Counted from the first letter of the stretch, positions 23,401 through 32,803 are shown. The stretch: 64,000 nt of DNA from an uncultured Acidobacteriota bacterium (GCA_963725145.1 CAVRXL010000012.1:1714141-1778140), one strand, 5' to 3'. Notes: a model not told the origin generated them from the sequence alone. Numbers and translations: made by a program.

Positions 23401-24245
23401 TCTGTTCCCCGCCTGCTCCGTTGCTCCGTTGAACTCCGGGAGGTAACGGAGGGGACGGAGGGAACGGAGAAACAACGGAGGAACGGAGGTAACGGGGGCG
23501 AACGGAGTACTCACTTAAGGAAACGGAGAGCTCGGAGAAAAAAACTGCTCACGGCGCCATCCAGGAGCGCTGAAAAATCTTCCACATATCCCATCTAGCG
23601 GCATGACGTCGACGCTGTTTTATTGGGGTCTCTTGCGGGAATGGTGACCGGCACGCCTGCTGCAGTACCACCGGCATGCTGATCAAGTCACGCATTAATC
23701 GGTTGACCGCTCTTATTATCCAAGCCGCTACCGCCGTCCACCGCGCACTCGGACCCGGTTTGCTCGAGTCCGCGTATCTCACGTGCTTGATCTTCGAGCT
23801 GAAACGCCGGGGGCTGCGAGTGGACGTGCAGCGGCCGGTTCCACTGAATTATTGCGGCATTCGGTTGGAATGCGGCTACCGGCTCGATTTGGTCGTGGAG
23901 GACCTGGTCGTCGTCGAGGTCAAGACCGTCGAACGGTTCGCACCTATCCATGAAGCGCAGATGCTGACGTACTTGCGCCTGACAGATTGTCCCCTGGGTC
24001 TGCTGCTCAACTTCAACTCTCCCCTCATGAAGGATGGCGTGAAGCGCGTCATGAACAATCGATCGACAAAAGCGGACTGGGAACAACTAAAAGCAACCCC
24101 CTGAACGTCCTATAATCTGCGAGAAGGGCGCTCAAACCCGTGATGAAAAGTTCAGTGCGTCTGCGGCCCCTGAGTTTCAGACCAAAGAGTCTCCGGTACC
24201 CCCGTTTCTCCGTTGTTTCTCCGTTCTCTCCGTCCGCTCCGCTAA
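23401..24245 (+). mobile_element. hairpin-with-cargo cassette: GxxExxY gene bracketed by inverted CGGAG-rich arms (candidate non-autonomous mobile or intervening-sequence-like element)
   Basis: The left arm contains GAACGGAGAAACAACGGAGGAACGGAGGTAACGGGG (23462-23497). The reverse complement of the right arm (24200-24226) is GAACGGAGAAACAACGGAGAAACGGGG, with 19 consecutive identical nt. The interior is visibly AT-richer than its flanks. No transposase or integrase is present. Confidence 0.35.
23676..24104 (+). CDS. GxxExxY protein (PD-(D/E)XK nuclease superfamily, PDDEXK_3 type)
   Basis: ALGPGLLESAYLTCLIFELKRRGL (GxxExxY motif), RLDLVVEDLVVVEVKTVERF...HEAQMLTYLRL (D..ExK-type core), and LLLNFN near the C-terminus. 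Confidence 0.85.
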   Translation: MLIKSRINRLTALIIQAATAVHRALGPGLLESAYLTCLIFELKRRGLRVDVQRPVPLNYCGIRLECGYRLDLVVEDLVVVEVKTVERFAPIHEAQMLTYLRLTDCPLGLLLNFNSPLMKDGVKRVMNNRSTKADWEQLKATP

Positions 24246-24271
24246 CGTGGTCGCATTGCAGGAAGCCGCGA

Positions 24272-26068
24272 ATGGCTGCGAGAGGCGTCCTCGTGATGCT
24301 CGTGTGTCTGATGACGAGCCCGGCATTCTCCCAGGTCATCATCGAATCCGCGCCCATTCAGGCTCCGCCGGCCCCGCCGCCTCCCCCGATCCAGATGCCT
24401 GGCATGCCGGCACGCGATCGGCGCGGGCCGGAGATGACCGGCACCGCGCAGCTGCGCGGGCGCGTCACTGCGGCTGACAGCGGCGCGCCCCTCCGCAAAG
24501 TCCAGGTGCGGTTGATGGGAGCGGGGCTCGGCACGCCGCGGATGGGGACGACCGACGCCGAGGGCCGGTACGAGTTTCGCGATCTCCCGGCCGGGCGGTA
24601 CACGGTGATGGCGACCAAGCCGGGCTACGTGTCGCTCCAGTACGGACAGCGGCGCCCGCTCGAGCAGGGACGGCCCATCGAGCTGGTGGATAAGCAGGTG
24701 GCGGACAAGATCGACCTCAGGCTCCCGCGCGGCGGAGTTCTGACGGGCCGCATCGTGGACGAGTTCGACGACCCGGTCTCGGACGCGTCCGTGGCGGTGA
24801 TGCAGATGCGGTACACGGGTGGACGTCGACGGCCGGTTCCGGTCAGCCGGCCGTCCCAGACCAACGACCTGGGTCAGTTCCGTGTCTGGGGGCTGCCGCC
24901 GGGTGAGTATCTTGTCAGCGCGACCCTCCGGTCGTTCGGCGTCGACCCGCAGATGATCGTGGGCACGTCACAGGACGCGACGGGCTACGCCCCGACCTTC
25001 TACCCGGGCACCGCCAACGTTGCCGAGGCGCAGCGTGTGACGGTAACCCTTGGCTCGGAGGCGAGCGGCGTCGAGTTCGCCCTGCTCCCGGTGCGGACGG
25101 CGAAGATCACCGGCATCGTCGTCGATACCGAAGGCCGGCCGTTCACCGACGGCAACGTCATGATGATCCAGAGCATGGGCATGTCGGGTGGCGGGGACGG
25201 CGGGATGATGTTCATGGCCGGCCCGGGAGGCGCGGGCCGTCTCGGCGCCGACGGCGGCTTCACGATCTCCAACGTCACTCCAGGCGAGTACACGCTTCAA
25301 GCGCGCGTGCGCCGCGGGAAGCCGGGAAGCGCGTCGGCCGACTTCGTCATGCCGGGCGAAGGGGACACCGGCACGGCGAACGTCACGGTCACAGGTGAGG
25401 ACATCGCGGGCCTGGTGATCGTGGCCTCGAAAGGCGCGAAGATGACCGGGCACGTCAGCTTCGACGGCGCCCCCCCGCCAACAACGCGCACCGAGAATCT
25501 CCGCGTCTTCGCGCAGCCGGTCGGCGGCGACTCGATGCCGATGTTCGGCGGGATGCCCGGCCGCATCGGAACGGACGGCAAGTTCGAGCTCACGGGCCTG
25601 ATGGGCCGGCGCGTCATTCGAGCCATGGGAGCGCAAGGCTGGTTCGTGAAATCGGTCCGGGTAGATGGGCGTGATGTCACCGATTCCGGCATCGACTTCA
25701 AGGGAGGCGATGACATCGCGGGTGTGGAGATCACGCTGACGACGCAGATGGCGGAGATCTCCGGAACGGTGAAGGGCCCGGACGGCAAGCCAGCCAGGGA
25801 CTACGCCGTGGTCGTGTTTCCGGATGACAAGGACCGCTGGACGCCCGAGTCGCGCTATTTCGGTCAGGCTCGTCCCGATCAGGAGGGACGATTCAAGGTC
25901 GTGGGCCTGCCGGAAGAAACCTACCTGGTCGCGGCGCTCGAATACGTGGACGGCAGCGACTGGCGCGATCCCGAGTTCCTCGACCGCCTGCGCGAGAGCG
26001 CGACACGCGTGACGGCCGCGAGCGGAAGTCTGAAAGAGATCAAACTGACGATTGTCGCTGTACCGTAG
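24272..26068 (+). CDS. secreted protein with repeated carboxypeptidase-regulatory-like (CarboxypepD_reg) domains
   Basis: Internal ATG 24272 gives the signal peptide MAARGVLVMLVCLMTSPAFSQ. Repeated G.V....G.PL....V.L......TDAEGRYEF.DLPAG.Y units occur, e.g. GRVTAADSGAPLRKVQVRL...TTDAEGRYEFRDLPAGRYTV. Confidence 0.75.
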   Translation: MAARGVLVMLVCLMTSPAFSQVIIESAPIQAPPAPPPPPIQMPGMPARDRRGPEMTGTAQLRGRVTAADSGAPLRKVQVRLMGAGLGTPRMGTTDAEGRYEFRDLPAGRYTVMATKPGYVSLQYGQRRPLEQGRPIELVDKQVADKIDLRLPRGGVLTGRIVDEFDDPVSDASVAVMQMRYTGGRRRPVPVSRPSQTNDLGQFRVWGLPPGEYLVSATLRSFGVDPQMIVGTSQDATGYAPTFYPGTANVAEAQRVTVTLGSEASGVEFALLPVRTAKITGIVVDTEGRPFTDGNVMMIQSMGMSGGGDGGMMFMAGPGGAGRLGADGGFTISNVTPGEYTLQARVRRGKPGSASADFVMPGEGDTGTANVTVTGEDIAGLVIVASKGAKMTGHVSFDGAPPPTTRTENLRVFAQPVGGDSMPMFGGMPGRIGTDGKFELTGLMGRRVIRAMGAQGWFVKSVRVDGRDVTDSGIDFKGGDDIAGVEITLTTQMAEISGTVKGPDGKPARDYAVVVFPDDKDRWTPESRYFGQARPDQEGRFKVVGLPEETYLVAALEYVDGSDWRDPEFLDRLRESATRVTAASGSLKEIKLTIVAVP

Positions 26069-26104
26069 TTTTGAGTTTTGAGTTTTGACTCAAGACTCAG
26101 AACT
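26067..26104. terminator. 17-bp hairpin built from TTTTGAG / ACTCAAG heptamers between convergent genes
   Basis: 26067-26083 pairs with 26088-26104 around the loop TTTG. Two of the pairs are U-G wobbles on the plus-strand RNA, which would be A-C mismatches on the minus-strand RNA. There is no U-tract. The hairpin overlaps both stop codons (TAG 26066-26068; TGA complement 26104-26106). Confidence 0.45.
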
Positions 26105-26841
26105 CAAGACTGGTTATCCTCAGTCAAGAGGTCGTACGCATCGTCCTCCGGATTCGTTGGCGCCGGGTGCTTTCGCGCGTAAAGATATGACGCGGCGAAG
26201 ATCACGATGATCAGCCCCAGCGAGAGCCACTTCGGGATCTCGAAGGGGACCCACTCCATCGAGTGCGCCCACTCGACGAGCAGCTTGATGCCGACCCACG
26301 CGATGATGATGAACGCCCCGTCGACGAGCGCCGGGTAGCGCTCGACGATCCGCACGAGCTGCCCCGTCACCATCCGCATCGCGGCGATGCCGAGCAGCCC
26401 GCCCGTGATGACGACCCAGATCTTCGGCGACATCGCGACCGCGACCAGGATGGAATCGATCGCGAACACGATGTCGGTCAGCTCGACCTTGACGACGGTC
26501 GCCCAGAACGCGGTCATCCCGAGCCAGGGCCGCGCGGCGGGGACGCGCCGTTGTTCCGTGGGATCGCCTCCGGCGAAGAAGTGCTTGTACGAGAGATACA
26601 GCAGGTACCCGCCGCCGATGAGCTTCACCCACCCCACCGAGATCATGTAGGCGGCGAAGAGCGTCGCGAGGACCCGGAAGACGAACGCGCCGGCGATGCC
26701 GTAACGCAGCGCCTGCTTCTGCTGCCGCTTCGGCAGACCCATGACGAGCAGCGCCAGAACGAGCGCGTTGTCGACACTGAGCAGCCCTTCCAAGAGGACC
26801 AGCAGCGCGATTGTGAGGAGATCGGAGGCATGGAGGTCCAC
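26104..26841 (-). CDS. TerC-family integral membrane protein
   Basis: LLVLLEGLLSVDNALVLALLV...ALRYGIAGAFVFRVL...ELTDIVFAIDSILVAVAMS. GTG start at 26841. Confidence 0.85.
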   Translation of the reverse strand: MDLHASDLLTIALLVLLEGLLSVDNALVLALLVMGLPKRQQKQALRYGIAGAFVFRVLATLFAAYMISVGWVKLIGGGYLLYLSYKHFFAGGDPTEQRRVPAARPWLGMTAFWATVVKVELTDIVFAIDSILVAVAMSPKIWVVITGGLLGIAAMRMVTGQLVRIVERYPALVDGAFIIIAWVGIKLLVEWAHSMEWVPFEIPKWLSLGLIIVIFAASYLYARKHPAPTNPEDDAYDLLTEDNQS

Positions 26842-26852
26842 GGAGTAGGAAA

Positions 26853-26898
26853 ATTATACCTTTGTAAGGTTGACACGCCACGTATCAGCTTCTATATT
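26853..26898. promoter_or_regulatory. back-to-back sigma70-like promoters for hspR operon (+) and terC (-)
   Basis: Plus strand: TTGACA (26870-26875), a 17-nt spacer, then TATATT (26893-26898), with the hspR ATG at 26909, implying a very short leader. Minus strand: TATAAT (26858-26853), 11 nt before the terC GTG. An imperfect inverted repeat TGACACG-cca-CGTATCA (26871-26887) sits in the plus-strand spacer. Confidence 0.45.
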
Positions 26899-26908
26899 CG
26901 GTGTGTCT

Positions 26909-27253
26909 ATGGATCGCGATATCTATTTCATCAGCGTCGCGGCGAGGATGCTCGACATGCACCCGCAGACCCTGCGCAAGTACGAGCGGCTCGGGCTCGT
27001 CCGGCCGTCACGGACGATCGGCAGCATGCGGCTCTACTCGCGCAGCGAGCTCGAGCGGCTGAGGTTGATCAAGCGGCTCGTCGATGAGGCGGGGATCAAT
27101 CTTGCAGGGGTTCAGCGGCTCTTGTCGATCTTCGACGCGTTGCAGCGGATCCGCCCTCTCGTGGCCGAAGACACCCTGCACCGCCACGAGTCCAGGCGCC
27201 GGCTCGTGCAGGAAATCGAGCGGCTGTCGGAGATGCTTGGATCTGAATTCTGA
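26909..27253 (+). CDS. hspR: MerR-family heat-shock regulator HspR
   Basis: Internal ATG 26909: MDRDIYFISVAARMLDMHPQTLRKYERLGLVRPSRTIGSMRLYSRSELERLRLIKRLVDEAGINLAGV. The position directly upstream of cbpA/clpB fits HspR/CbpM-type regulators. Confidence 0.8.
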   Translation: MDRDIYFISVAARMLDMHPQTLRKYERLGLVRPSRTIGSMRLYSRSELERLRLIKRLVDEAGINLAGVQRLLSIFDALQRIRPLVAEDTLHRHESRRRLVQEIERLSEMLGSEF

Positions 27254-28275
27254 TGGAGTTCAAGGATTACTACGCGACGCTCGGAGTGGCGAAGACCGCC
27301 ACGGACAAGGAACTGAAGCAGGCGTACCGGAAGCTCGCCCGCAAGTTCCATCCCGACGTCAACCCGGGCGACAAGTCGGCCGAGGGGAAGTTCAAGGAGA
27401 TCAACGAGGCGTACGAAGTGCTCGGCGATTCGGACAAGCGGAAGAAGTACGACGAGCTGGGATCGAACTGGAAATACTACGAGCAGGCTCAGGCGGCCGG
27501 CGGTGCCGGGGCGTACCCGGGCGGAGGCAGCCCGTTCGGAGGCGCGTACGAGGGTGGAGCCTGGACGGTCAACATGGGCGGCGGTCCCGGCGGCTACCGC
27601 ACGATGTCTGAGGAGGAAATGCGAGAGATCTTCGGCGACGAAGATCCCTTTTCCGATTTCTTCAAGACGTTCTTCGGAGGAGCCGGCGCCGGTGCCGGGG
27701 CGAGGGATCGACAGACCCGCCAGCGCGTGCCCAGATCGCGACGCGGGCGCGATCTCGAGCACGAAATCGAACTGTCGCTCGAGGAAGGGTTCACGGGGAC
27801 GACGCGCCGGTTGTCGATCAAGCAGGACGGCCACACGCGGAGCGTCGACGTCCGGATTCCGGCTGGTGTTCGCGATGGCTCGCGAGTTCGCGCGGCTGGC
27901 GAAGGCGAGGGGGGAACCGCGGGTGGACCTGCCGGCGATCTCTATCTGCGCGTTCGGCTCCGCCCGCATCCGACCTTTGAGGTCAAGGGCCAGGACCTGC
28001 ATACGAGGGTGCCGGTGCCGTTGACCACGGCCGTGCTCGGCGGCGAGGCGCAAGTGCCGACACTCAATGGAACCGTTCGATTGAAAATCCCCGAGCTCAC
28101 GCAGCCAGGCCAGATCTTCCGGCTCCGGGGCCACGGCATGCCGGCGGTCGGCAAACCGGACGAGCGCGGAGATCTTTACGCGACGGCGGACGTGAAGCTC
28201 CCGACCAGGCTCACCGACGAGCAACGAAAGCAATTCGAGGCGCTGGCCAAGACAGAGGGCGGTGGGCCGGTCTGA
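27253..28275 (+). CDS. cbpA: DnaJ-class co-chaperone without zinc finger (CbpA-like)
   Basis: J-domain DYYATLGVAKTATDKELKQAYRKLARKFHPDVNPGD, a G-rich linker with no CxxCxGxG repeats, and a C-terminal DnaJ_C domain. The start overlaps the hspR stop (TGATG). Confidence 0.85.
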   Translation: MEFKDYYATLGVAKTATDKELKQAYRKLARKFHPDVNPGDKSAEGKFKEINEAYEVLGDSDKRKKYDELGSNWKYYEQAQAAGGAGAYPGGGSPFGGAYEGGAWTVNMGGGPGGYRTMSEEEMREIFGDEDPFSDFFKTFFGGAGAGAGARDRQTRQRVPRSRRGRDLEHEIELSLEEGFTGTTRRLSIKQDGHTRSVDVRIPAGVRDGSRVRAAGEGEGGTAGGPAGDLYLRVRLRPHPTFEVKGQDLHTRVPVPLTTAVLGGEAQVPTLNGTVRLKIPELTQPGQIFRLRGHGMPAVGKPDERGDLYATADVKLPTRLTDEQRKQFEALAKTEGGGPV

Positions 28276-28332
28276 AGACCGGCCCCTCCATTCTGCGAAT
28301 GGACTTGGAGGGGCGGGTCTTTAGACCCGCCC
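28264..28332 (+). repeat. three consecutive hairpins (REP-like) in the cbpA-clpB spacer
   Basis: GGGCCGGTCT-ga-AGACCGGCCC (28264-28285; the cbpA TGA is in the loop), CCATTC-tgc-GAATGG (28288-28302), and GGGCGGGTCT-tt-AGACCCGCCC (28311-28332). A competing helix is CCCCTCCA (28283-28290) with TGGAGGGG (28306-28313). Confidence 0.65.
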
Positions 28333-28348
28333 AACCGGAAACACGAAT

Positions 28349-30949
28349 ATGAATCTCCAGAAGTACACCGAAAAAGCCCAGGAAGCGATCGTCGCCGCGC
28401 AGCGGATGGCCGACGAGCGCAATAACCCGCAGGTCGAGCCGGAGCACGTGCTGCTCGCGCTGGTCGGCCAGAAAGAGGGCATCGTCCCGGAGATCATCCG
28501 GAAGATGAACGTCGATCCGGCCGCGGTGACGACCGCGCTCAGGGCGGAGGTCGAGAAGTTCCCGACGGCCTACGGCGGATCGCAGGCGGGACTGTCACCG
28601 CGCCTGCGCGCCATCTCGGATGCGGCGGAGAAGGAAGCCGAGCGGCTGAAGGACGAGTACGTCAGCACGGAGCATCTGCTCCTCGCGATCGCGGGCGAGA
28701 GCGGCCGCTCCCCCGCCGCGCGCGCGCTCCATCAGCTCAAGATCACGAAGGACGCCATCCTGTCGGCGATGACGGCGGTACGCGGCTCGCAGCGGGTCAC
28801 GGATCAGAACCCGGAGGCGAAATACCAGGCGCTCGAGCGCTACGGCCGCGAGCTCACCGACCTCGCGCGCAAAGGCAAGCTCGACCCGGTCATCGGCCGG
28901 GACGAGGAAATCCGGCGCGTGATCCAGGTGCTCTTGCGCCGGACCAAGAACAACCCGGTGCTGATTGGAGAGCCGGGCGTCGGGAAGACGGCGATCGTCG
29001 AAGGGCTCGCGCAGCGCATCATCCGGGGAGACGTGACGGAGGGGCTCAAGAACAAGAAGATCGTCGCCCTCGACATGGGGGCGCTCGTCGCCGGCGCGAA
29101 GTACCGCGGCGAGTTCGAGGAACGGCTGAAAGCCGTCCTCAAGGAGATCACGGACTCGCAGGGCGAAATCATCCTCTTCATCGACGAGCTCCACACCGTC
29201 GTCGGCGCTGGCGCGGCCGAGGGGTCGATCGACGCCTCGAACATGCTGAAGCCGATGCTCGCCCGCGGGGAGCTCCACACGATCGGCGCGACGACGCTCG
29301 ACGAGTACCGGAAGCACATCGAGAAAGACGCCGCGCTCGAGCGGCGCTTCCAGCCGGTCCAGGTCGGCGAGCCGACGGTCGAGGACTCGATCAGCATCCT
29401 GCGCGGCCTTCGCGAGCGGTACGAAATCCACCACGGCGTGAAGCTGAAGGACTCCGCGCTCGTCGCCGCGGCGGTGCTGTCGCAGCGCTACATCGCCGAC
29501 CGGTTCCTGCCAGACAAGGCGATCGATCTCGTGGACGAGGCGGCCGCGCGGCTGCGGATGGAGATCGACTCGATGCCGGCCGAGCTCGACGAGATCGAGC
29601 GGCGGATCATGCAGCTCGAGATCGAGCGCGAAGCCCTGAGAAAAGAGAAAGACAAGGCGTCGAAGGAGCGGCTCGAGCGGCTGGAGAAAGAGCTGGCAAA
29701 CCTGAAGGAAGAGCGCGGGCGGCTCTCCGCCCATTGGCAGCAGGAAAAGGAGGCGATTCAGAAGGCCCGCGCCGTCCGGGAAGAGATCGAACAGCTTCGC
29801 CAGGAGATCGAGCGCGCGCAGCGTGCCGGCGACTACACCAAGGCGTCAGAGCTGCAGTACGGCAAGCTGCCTGAGCGTGAACGTCAGGTTCAGGAATTGG
29901 AAACGCAGCTCCAGGAGCTCCAGCGCGGCCAGCGGATGCTGAAGGAGGAAGTGGACGAAGAGGACATCGCCGAGGTCGTCAGCCGCTGGACCGGCGTTCC
30001 GGTCAGCCGGCTGATGGAGGGCGAGATCCAGAAGCTCATCCACATGGAGGAGCGGCTCCACCAGCGCGTCGTCGGCCAGGACGAGGCCATCACGGCGGTC
30101 GCGAACGCGATGCGGCGCGCCCGAGCGGGGCTCCAGGACCCCAATCGCCCCCTCGGCAGCTTTCTGTTTCTGGGCCCCACCGGCGTCGGCAAGACGGAGC
30201 TCGCGCGGGCGCTGGCCGAGTTCCTGTTCGACGACGAGCATGCGCTCATCCGGATCGACATGTCAGAGTATCAGGAGAAGCACACGGTCTCGCGGCTCAT
30301 CGGCGCCCCGCCGGGGTACATCGGATACGACGAGGCCGGTCAGCTCACGGAGGCCGTGCGCCGGCGTCCGTACTCCGTCGTGCTCTTCGACGAGATCGAA
30401 AAGGCGCACGCCGACGTGCTCAACGTCCTCCTGCAGCTCCTCGACGATGGGCGGCTGACCGACAACAAGGGCCGCACGGTCGACTTCAAGAACACCGTGG
30501 TCATCATGACGTCGAACATCGGGAGCCAGTTCCTGGTCGACGGCGTCACCGAGGGGACGCGGCGTCAGGTCCAGGACATGCTCCGCCAGACGTTCCGGCC
30601 GGAGTTCCTCAACCGTGTCGACGAGATCATCTTCTTCCACCCGCTCGGCCGCGAGCACATCCGCGCGATCATCGACATCCAGCTCGCGCGGCTGATGAAG
30701 CGGCTCGAGGAGCGGAAGATCCGCGTCGAGCTGACCGACTCCGCGCGCGATCTCCTGATCGAAGAGGGGTATGATCCGGTGTACGGCGCGCGGCCGCTGA
30801 AGCGGACGATTCAACGCCGAGTCCTCGACCCGCTCGCGCTGCGCGTTCTCGAAGGCGAGTTCCGCGAAGGGGACGCCATCAGGCTGGACAGCGCGCGCGG
30901 CGAGTTGAAGTTCGAAAAGAAAGAGCTCGCGGCCACCAAGCATGGCTGA
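28349..30949 (+). CDS. clpB: ATP-dependent chaperone ClpB
   Basis: 866 aa. Clp_N repeats, two AAA+ modules ([15 protein letters not shown]; [15 protein letters not shown]), and the long middle coiled-coil. Confidence 0.95.
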   Translation: MNLQKYTEKAQEAIVAAQRMADERNNPQVEPEHVLLALVGQKEGIVPEIIRKMNVDPAAVTTALRAEVEKFPTAYGGSQAGLSPRLRAISDAAEKEAERLKDEYVSTEHLLLAIAGESGRSPAARALHQLKITKDAILSAMTAVRGSQRVTDQNPEAKYQALERYGRELTDLARKGKLDPVIGRDEEIRRVIQVLLRRTKNNPVLIGEPGVGKTAIVEGLAQRIIRGDVTEGLKNKKIVALDMGALVAGAKYRGEFEERLKAVLKEITDSQGEIILFIDELHTVVGAGAAEGSIDASNMLKPMLARGELHTIGATTLDEYRKHIEKDAALERRFQPVQVGEPTVEDSISILRGLRERYEIHHGVKLKDSALVAAAVLSQRYIADRFLPDKAIDLVDEAAARLRMEIDSMPAELDEIERRIMQLEIEREALRKEKDKASKERLERLEKELANLKEERGRLSAHWQQEKEAIQKARAVREEIEQLRQEIERAQRAGDYTKASELQYGKLPERERQVQELETQLQELQRGQRMLKEEVDEEDIAEVVSRWTGVPVSRLMEGEIQKLIHMEERLHQRVVGQDEAITAVANAMRRARAGLQDPNRPLGSFLFLGPTGVGKTELARALAEFLFDDEHALIRIDMSEYQEKHTVSRLIGAPPGYIGYDEAGQLTEAVRRRPYSVVLFDEIEKAHADVLNVLLQLLDDGRLTDNKGRTVDFKNTVVIMTSNIGSQFLVDGVTEGTRRQVQDMLRQTFRPEFLNRVDEIIFFHPLGREHIRAIIDIQLARLMKRLEERKIRVELTDSARDLLIEEGYDPVYGARPLKRTIQRRVLDPLALRVLEGEFREGDAIRLDSARGELKFEKKELAATKHG

Positions 30950-32803
30950 GCGCACGTCCTCGCCCAACCCCCGCAGCGGGCGCCGCCGCGGCGATCGACT
31001 GCGCGGCACGCCGTCTGCGGGCTCCGCGGTGTGGTACGTCCTGGCCTTCCTCGTTCTCGCCGCGATCGTCCAGGGAATCTTCTACTCGTACCAGGCCGGC
31101 CGCGCGCTCCAGTACAGCGAGTTCAAATCGCTCGTGCGGGCCGACAAGGTCCAGGAGGTCGTGCTCTCCCAGGAGCGCGTGCGCGGCGTTCTCAAGCAGG
31201 CGGATGACCAGGGTCGAAAGACGTTCGCCGCGATACGCATCGAAGATCCCAAGCTGGTCGAGGAGCTCGAGAAGCACGGCGTACGCTTCAGCGGAGAGAT
31301 CGCCAGCCGCTGGGTGACCGAGCTGCTCGGCTGGATTCTGCCGCTGGTCTTCATTGTCGCCCTGTGGACGCTGCTTCTTCCGCCGCATGGGTGGCGCGGA
31401 AGGAGGCGTGATGTCGTTTGCGCGCAGCCGCGCCAAGATCTACGCCGAGGACGACGTGAAGGTCAGCTTCGGCGACGTCGCCGGCGTCGACGAGGCGGAG
31501 AACGAGCTGCGCGAGATCGTCGAGTTCCTGAAGACGCCCAAGAAGTACACGAGCATCGGCGGGCGGATCCCGAAAGGGGTGCTGCTCGTCGGCCCGCCCG
31601 GCACGGGCAAGACGCTGCTCGCCAAGGCCGTCGCCGGCGAGGCGAAGGTCCCGTTCTTCAGCCTCAGCGGATCGGAGTTCGTCGAGATGTTCGTCGGCGT
31701 CGGCGCGGCGCGCGTGCGCGATCTCTTCGCGCAGGCCGAGGCCAAGGCGCCGTGCATCGTCTTCATCGACGAGCTCGATGCGCTCGGCAAAATGCGCGTC
31801 CAGTCGCCGCTCGGCAGCCACGAGGAGCGCGAGCAGACGCTCAACCAGCTCCTTGCCGAGATGGACGGCTTCGATTCGAAGAAGGGGGTCATCATCATGG
31901 GGGCGACCAACCGCCCCGAGGTGCTCGACCCGGCGCTCCTCCGCCCGGGCCGGTTCGACCGGCAGGTGCTCGTGGACAAGCCGGACGTCCGCGGCCGCGA
32001 GGAGATTCTCAAGATCCACGTCCGGGACGTGAAGGTCGCGCCGGACGTCGACCTCAAGGTCGTCGCGGCGCGCACCGCCGGCTTCGCGGGCGCCGATCTC
32101 GCGAACCTCGTGAACGAGGCGGCGCTGCTCGCGGCGCGGAAGGACAAGTCGGCGGCGGGCCGCGCCGACTTCGACGAAGCCATCGACCGCTTGATCGCCG
32201 GGCTCGAAAAGAAGCGCGTGATGAGCCAGAAGGAGCGGCGCATCGTCGCGTACCACGAGTCGGGGCACGCGATCGTGGCGAGCGTCCTGCCGGGGCTCGA
32301 CCCGGTGCACAAGATCTCGATCGTCCAGCGCGGCTTCGGTGCGCTCGGCTACACGATGCAGCTCCCGCTGGAGGACCGCTACCTGCTGACGCGGACGGAC
32401 CTCCTCAACCAGCTGTCCGTCCTGCTCGCCGGCCGCAGCGCGGAGGAGATTGCATTCAACGAGATTTCGACCGGCGCCCAGAACGATCTGCAGCGCGCCT
32501 CCGACATCGCGCGCGCGATGGTCACCGAGTTCGGGATGAGCGACTCGCTCGGCGCGATCGACCTACAACGGGCACAAGCGGCCGGCGTTCCTCGAGATGC
32601 CGCTCGGATCCGAGCGCGGACCGCACTCGGAGGAGACCGCGCAGAAGATCGACGCCGAGGTCAAGCGAATCATGACCGAGGCGCACGACCAGGCGCGCCG
32701 GGTCCTCCAGGAGCGCCGGCCGTCGCTCGACGATCTCGCCGGACGGCTCCTCGAGAGGGAAGTCATCGAAGGCGACGAGCTGCGCGCCATGCTCGAGAAA
32801 TAG
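30942..32803 (+). pseudogene. ftsH: ATP-dependent zinc metalloprotease FtsH, reading frame broken twice as sequenced (probably indel artefacts)
   Basis: Frame 1 (from ATG 30942) covers TM1, the periplasmic domain and TM2 (..[15 protein letters not shown]). Frame 2 reads [23 protein letters not shown]...[17 protein letters not shown]...HESGHAIV...[11 protein letters not shown]. Frame 3 (ORF 32597-32803 and upstream) reads [38 protein letters not shown]...AMLEK. The breaks are near 31371-31376 and 32560. The start overlaps the clpB stop by 8 nt. Confidence 0.9.

Noticed and set aside
26067-26110. HspR operator (HAIR) half-sites TTGAGT and ACTCAAG, each present twice, ~800 bp from hspR
   Set aside because: The spacing between half-sites is 4 or 11 nt, not the canonical 7. 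The site lies at the 3' ends of two convergent genes rather than at a promoter, and the sequence is explained by the heptamer hairpin. It is probably a coincidence of the repeat word.
26842-26908. yybP-ykoY (Mn2+) riboswitch expected upstream of TerC-family genes
   Set aside because: Only 67 nt separate terC from the divergent hspR start. A TATAAT box lies 11 nt from the terC GTG, leaving no room for a ~100-nt riboswitch.
28595-29734. Long antisense or off-frame ORFs. Examples: 28595-29734 (-), 6309-7394 (-), 3647-4762 (+), 11228-12304 (+), 13548-14987 (+), 18977-20827 (+), 34189-35838 (-), 35805-37625 (-), 39021-40172 (-), 41543-42919 (-), 45124-46461 (-), 56308-57597 (-), 226-789 (+)
   Set aside because: All overlap strongly supported genes on the other strand or frame. 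They show the Arg/Pro/Gly/Ala-rich, low-complexity composition typical of shadow ORFs in high-G+C DNA. None contains a recognisable motif.
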